Assembly (NCBI GenBank): GCA_900617105.1
Contig: UYFQ01000590.1
Coordinates: 57,210 to 77,209, forward strand
Reading direction: 5' to 3'
Length of the DNA stretch: 20,000 nt
From: Hydrurus foetidus
Lineage: Eukaryota
In this document: piece after piece, positions 18,965 through 20,000 of the stretch
Position numbering within the stretch: position 1 is the stretch's first letter
Layout: the number at the start of each line of letters is the position of its first letter
Program-made: the position numbers and the translations under genes
Notes under the pieces: generated by a model
Database searches by the model: none
What the model was told of the DNA's origin: nothing
What the model saw: the letters and a program-made list of their open reading frames with translations, nothing else

Positions 18965-20000
18965 ATGAGTGACAATAGATCTGAAAACGAGTTCGAGCTG
19001 TCCAGCACAGACTCTCCACCGGCTCTTGCCGACCTTCTTACACATCCATTCAGAACTCTGATCGAAGCAGCTCAACCCATCTTCACTGGTCGAGTTACAA
19101 GATCTAGGACAGGAGCAATTCCTCCTTTAGAAAATCCAAATAGTGATTTTCTGGGGATGTCAGATGTGGCAAATCAGGAGGTTGACAGACACGCTCGGGC
19201 GCGGAATGGGGCCGCGTCAACATTTTCGGACAATTTGGAGGCTCAGGATGCAGAGACAAGATTTTCCTTCGCCATGGCAGGCAACTAAGACATTATGTCT
19301 GCTAAGATCCAACAGCCTCCACCGTTGGTCTCCCAACCGAAATCAACAGTTGGATCTGCTTCTATTCCAAGTGCTTCAACGCCCAAGGCTTCTTCTATCT
19401 TATCGGTGCCCATATCAGAATATTTGGATACCACCTCTGCGCAATCGAAATTCTTCTTTTCGATGCCCAAGTTTTCCAACTCTGGGAAGGACAACCGCGA
19501 CAACATGGAAACGTTCATGGTCGCTCTAGGTGAATGTAAACTTCTTACATTAGCCAAAGGCGATCGTGAGTTACCAGTCATTACTGCTCGGAACCCTGGA
19601 GGATACTCATCTAGGTCACTGGTATTAACAGAAGAAGGATTGTATGATGTCATCCCAGCCGATGACATCTACAAAAGATTACACGATTTGGATCGCTTAT
19701 TGGTTATTCTCAATATGGTTACTGGGAAAGATTTACATTATTTGATCAAGCGTGTGATTGCCGACAACGATGCGGTCTTATGGTTCAAGACAATCTACGA
19801 TCACATCAACGGCACAAAGAACAGTGACATCAGGAAGGCAACGGATCAGCTCCACTCCTGAAGCTCAAGTCCACACAAACCATTCAGGAGAATGTGGCAA
19901 CCATCGAAGAGGCCTTCAGAGTCCTCAAAGTCGCAAGTGGCGTGCCCGTCACTGATGATCAAAAACTTTATCATCTACAAGAAAAACTGGAGCATGATGA
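18965..20000 (+). pseudogene. gag: Ty1/Copia-like gag N-terminal part (disrupted, runs off window end)
   Basis: ORFs 18965..19288 and 19295..19861 are in the same frame, separated by one TAA. A frame change at ~19858 continues LKLKSTQTIQENVATIEEAFRVLKVASGVPVTDDQKLYHLQEKL. With DAVLWFKTIYDH upstream, this resembles the Copia gag (UBN2/Retrotran_gag_2-like) helical pattern. Confidence 0.65.

Overview
Eukaryotic, transposon-only window with no recognisable host gene. The main feature is a ~10.8 kb Ty3/Gypsy chromodomain LTR retrotransposon (7954-18765, +). It has 208-bp LTRs, a very long Gag (~1094 aa with a ~370-aa D/N/R-rich low-complexity N-terminus and a CCHC knuckle) and PR-RT-RNaseH-IN-chromodomain pol. 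It also shows a 2.2-kb internal tandem duplication, non-matching TSDs and unrelated flanks, so it is probably a chimera of two genomic copies. To its left are a disrupted ~1060-aa hAT-type DDE transposase with an unusual C-terminal extension (1841-5028), a 378-bp inverted copy of part of it, and the 3' end of a probable pogo-like transposase present in two copies. There is also a hidden second Gypsy 3' end (LTR+PPT+3'UTR, 886-1411, -) that shares short ordered 3'UTR motifs with the full element although the LTR interiors look unrelated. To its right is the start of a Ty1/Copia-like gag. Several frameshifts are single-base losses in homopolymers and some segments look like noisy long-read consensus, so part of the apparent decay may be technical. 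All family calls rest on motifs read by eye; no database search was run.
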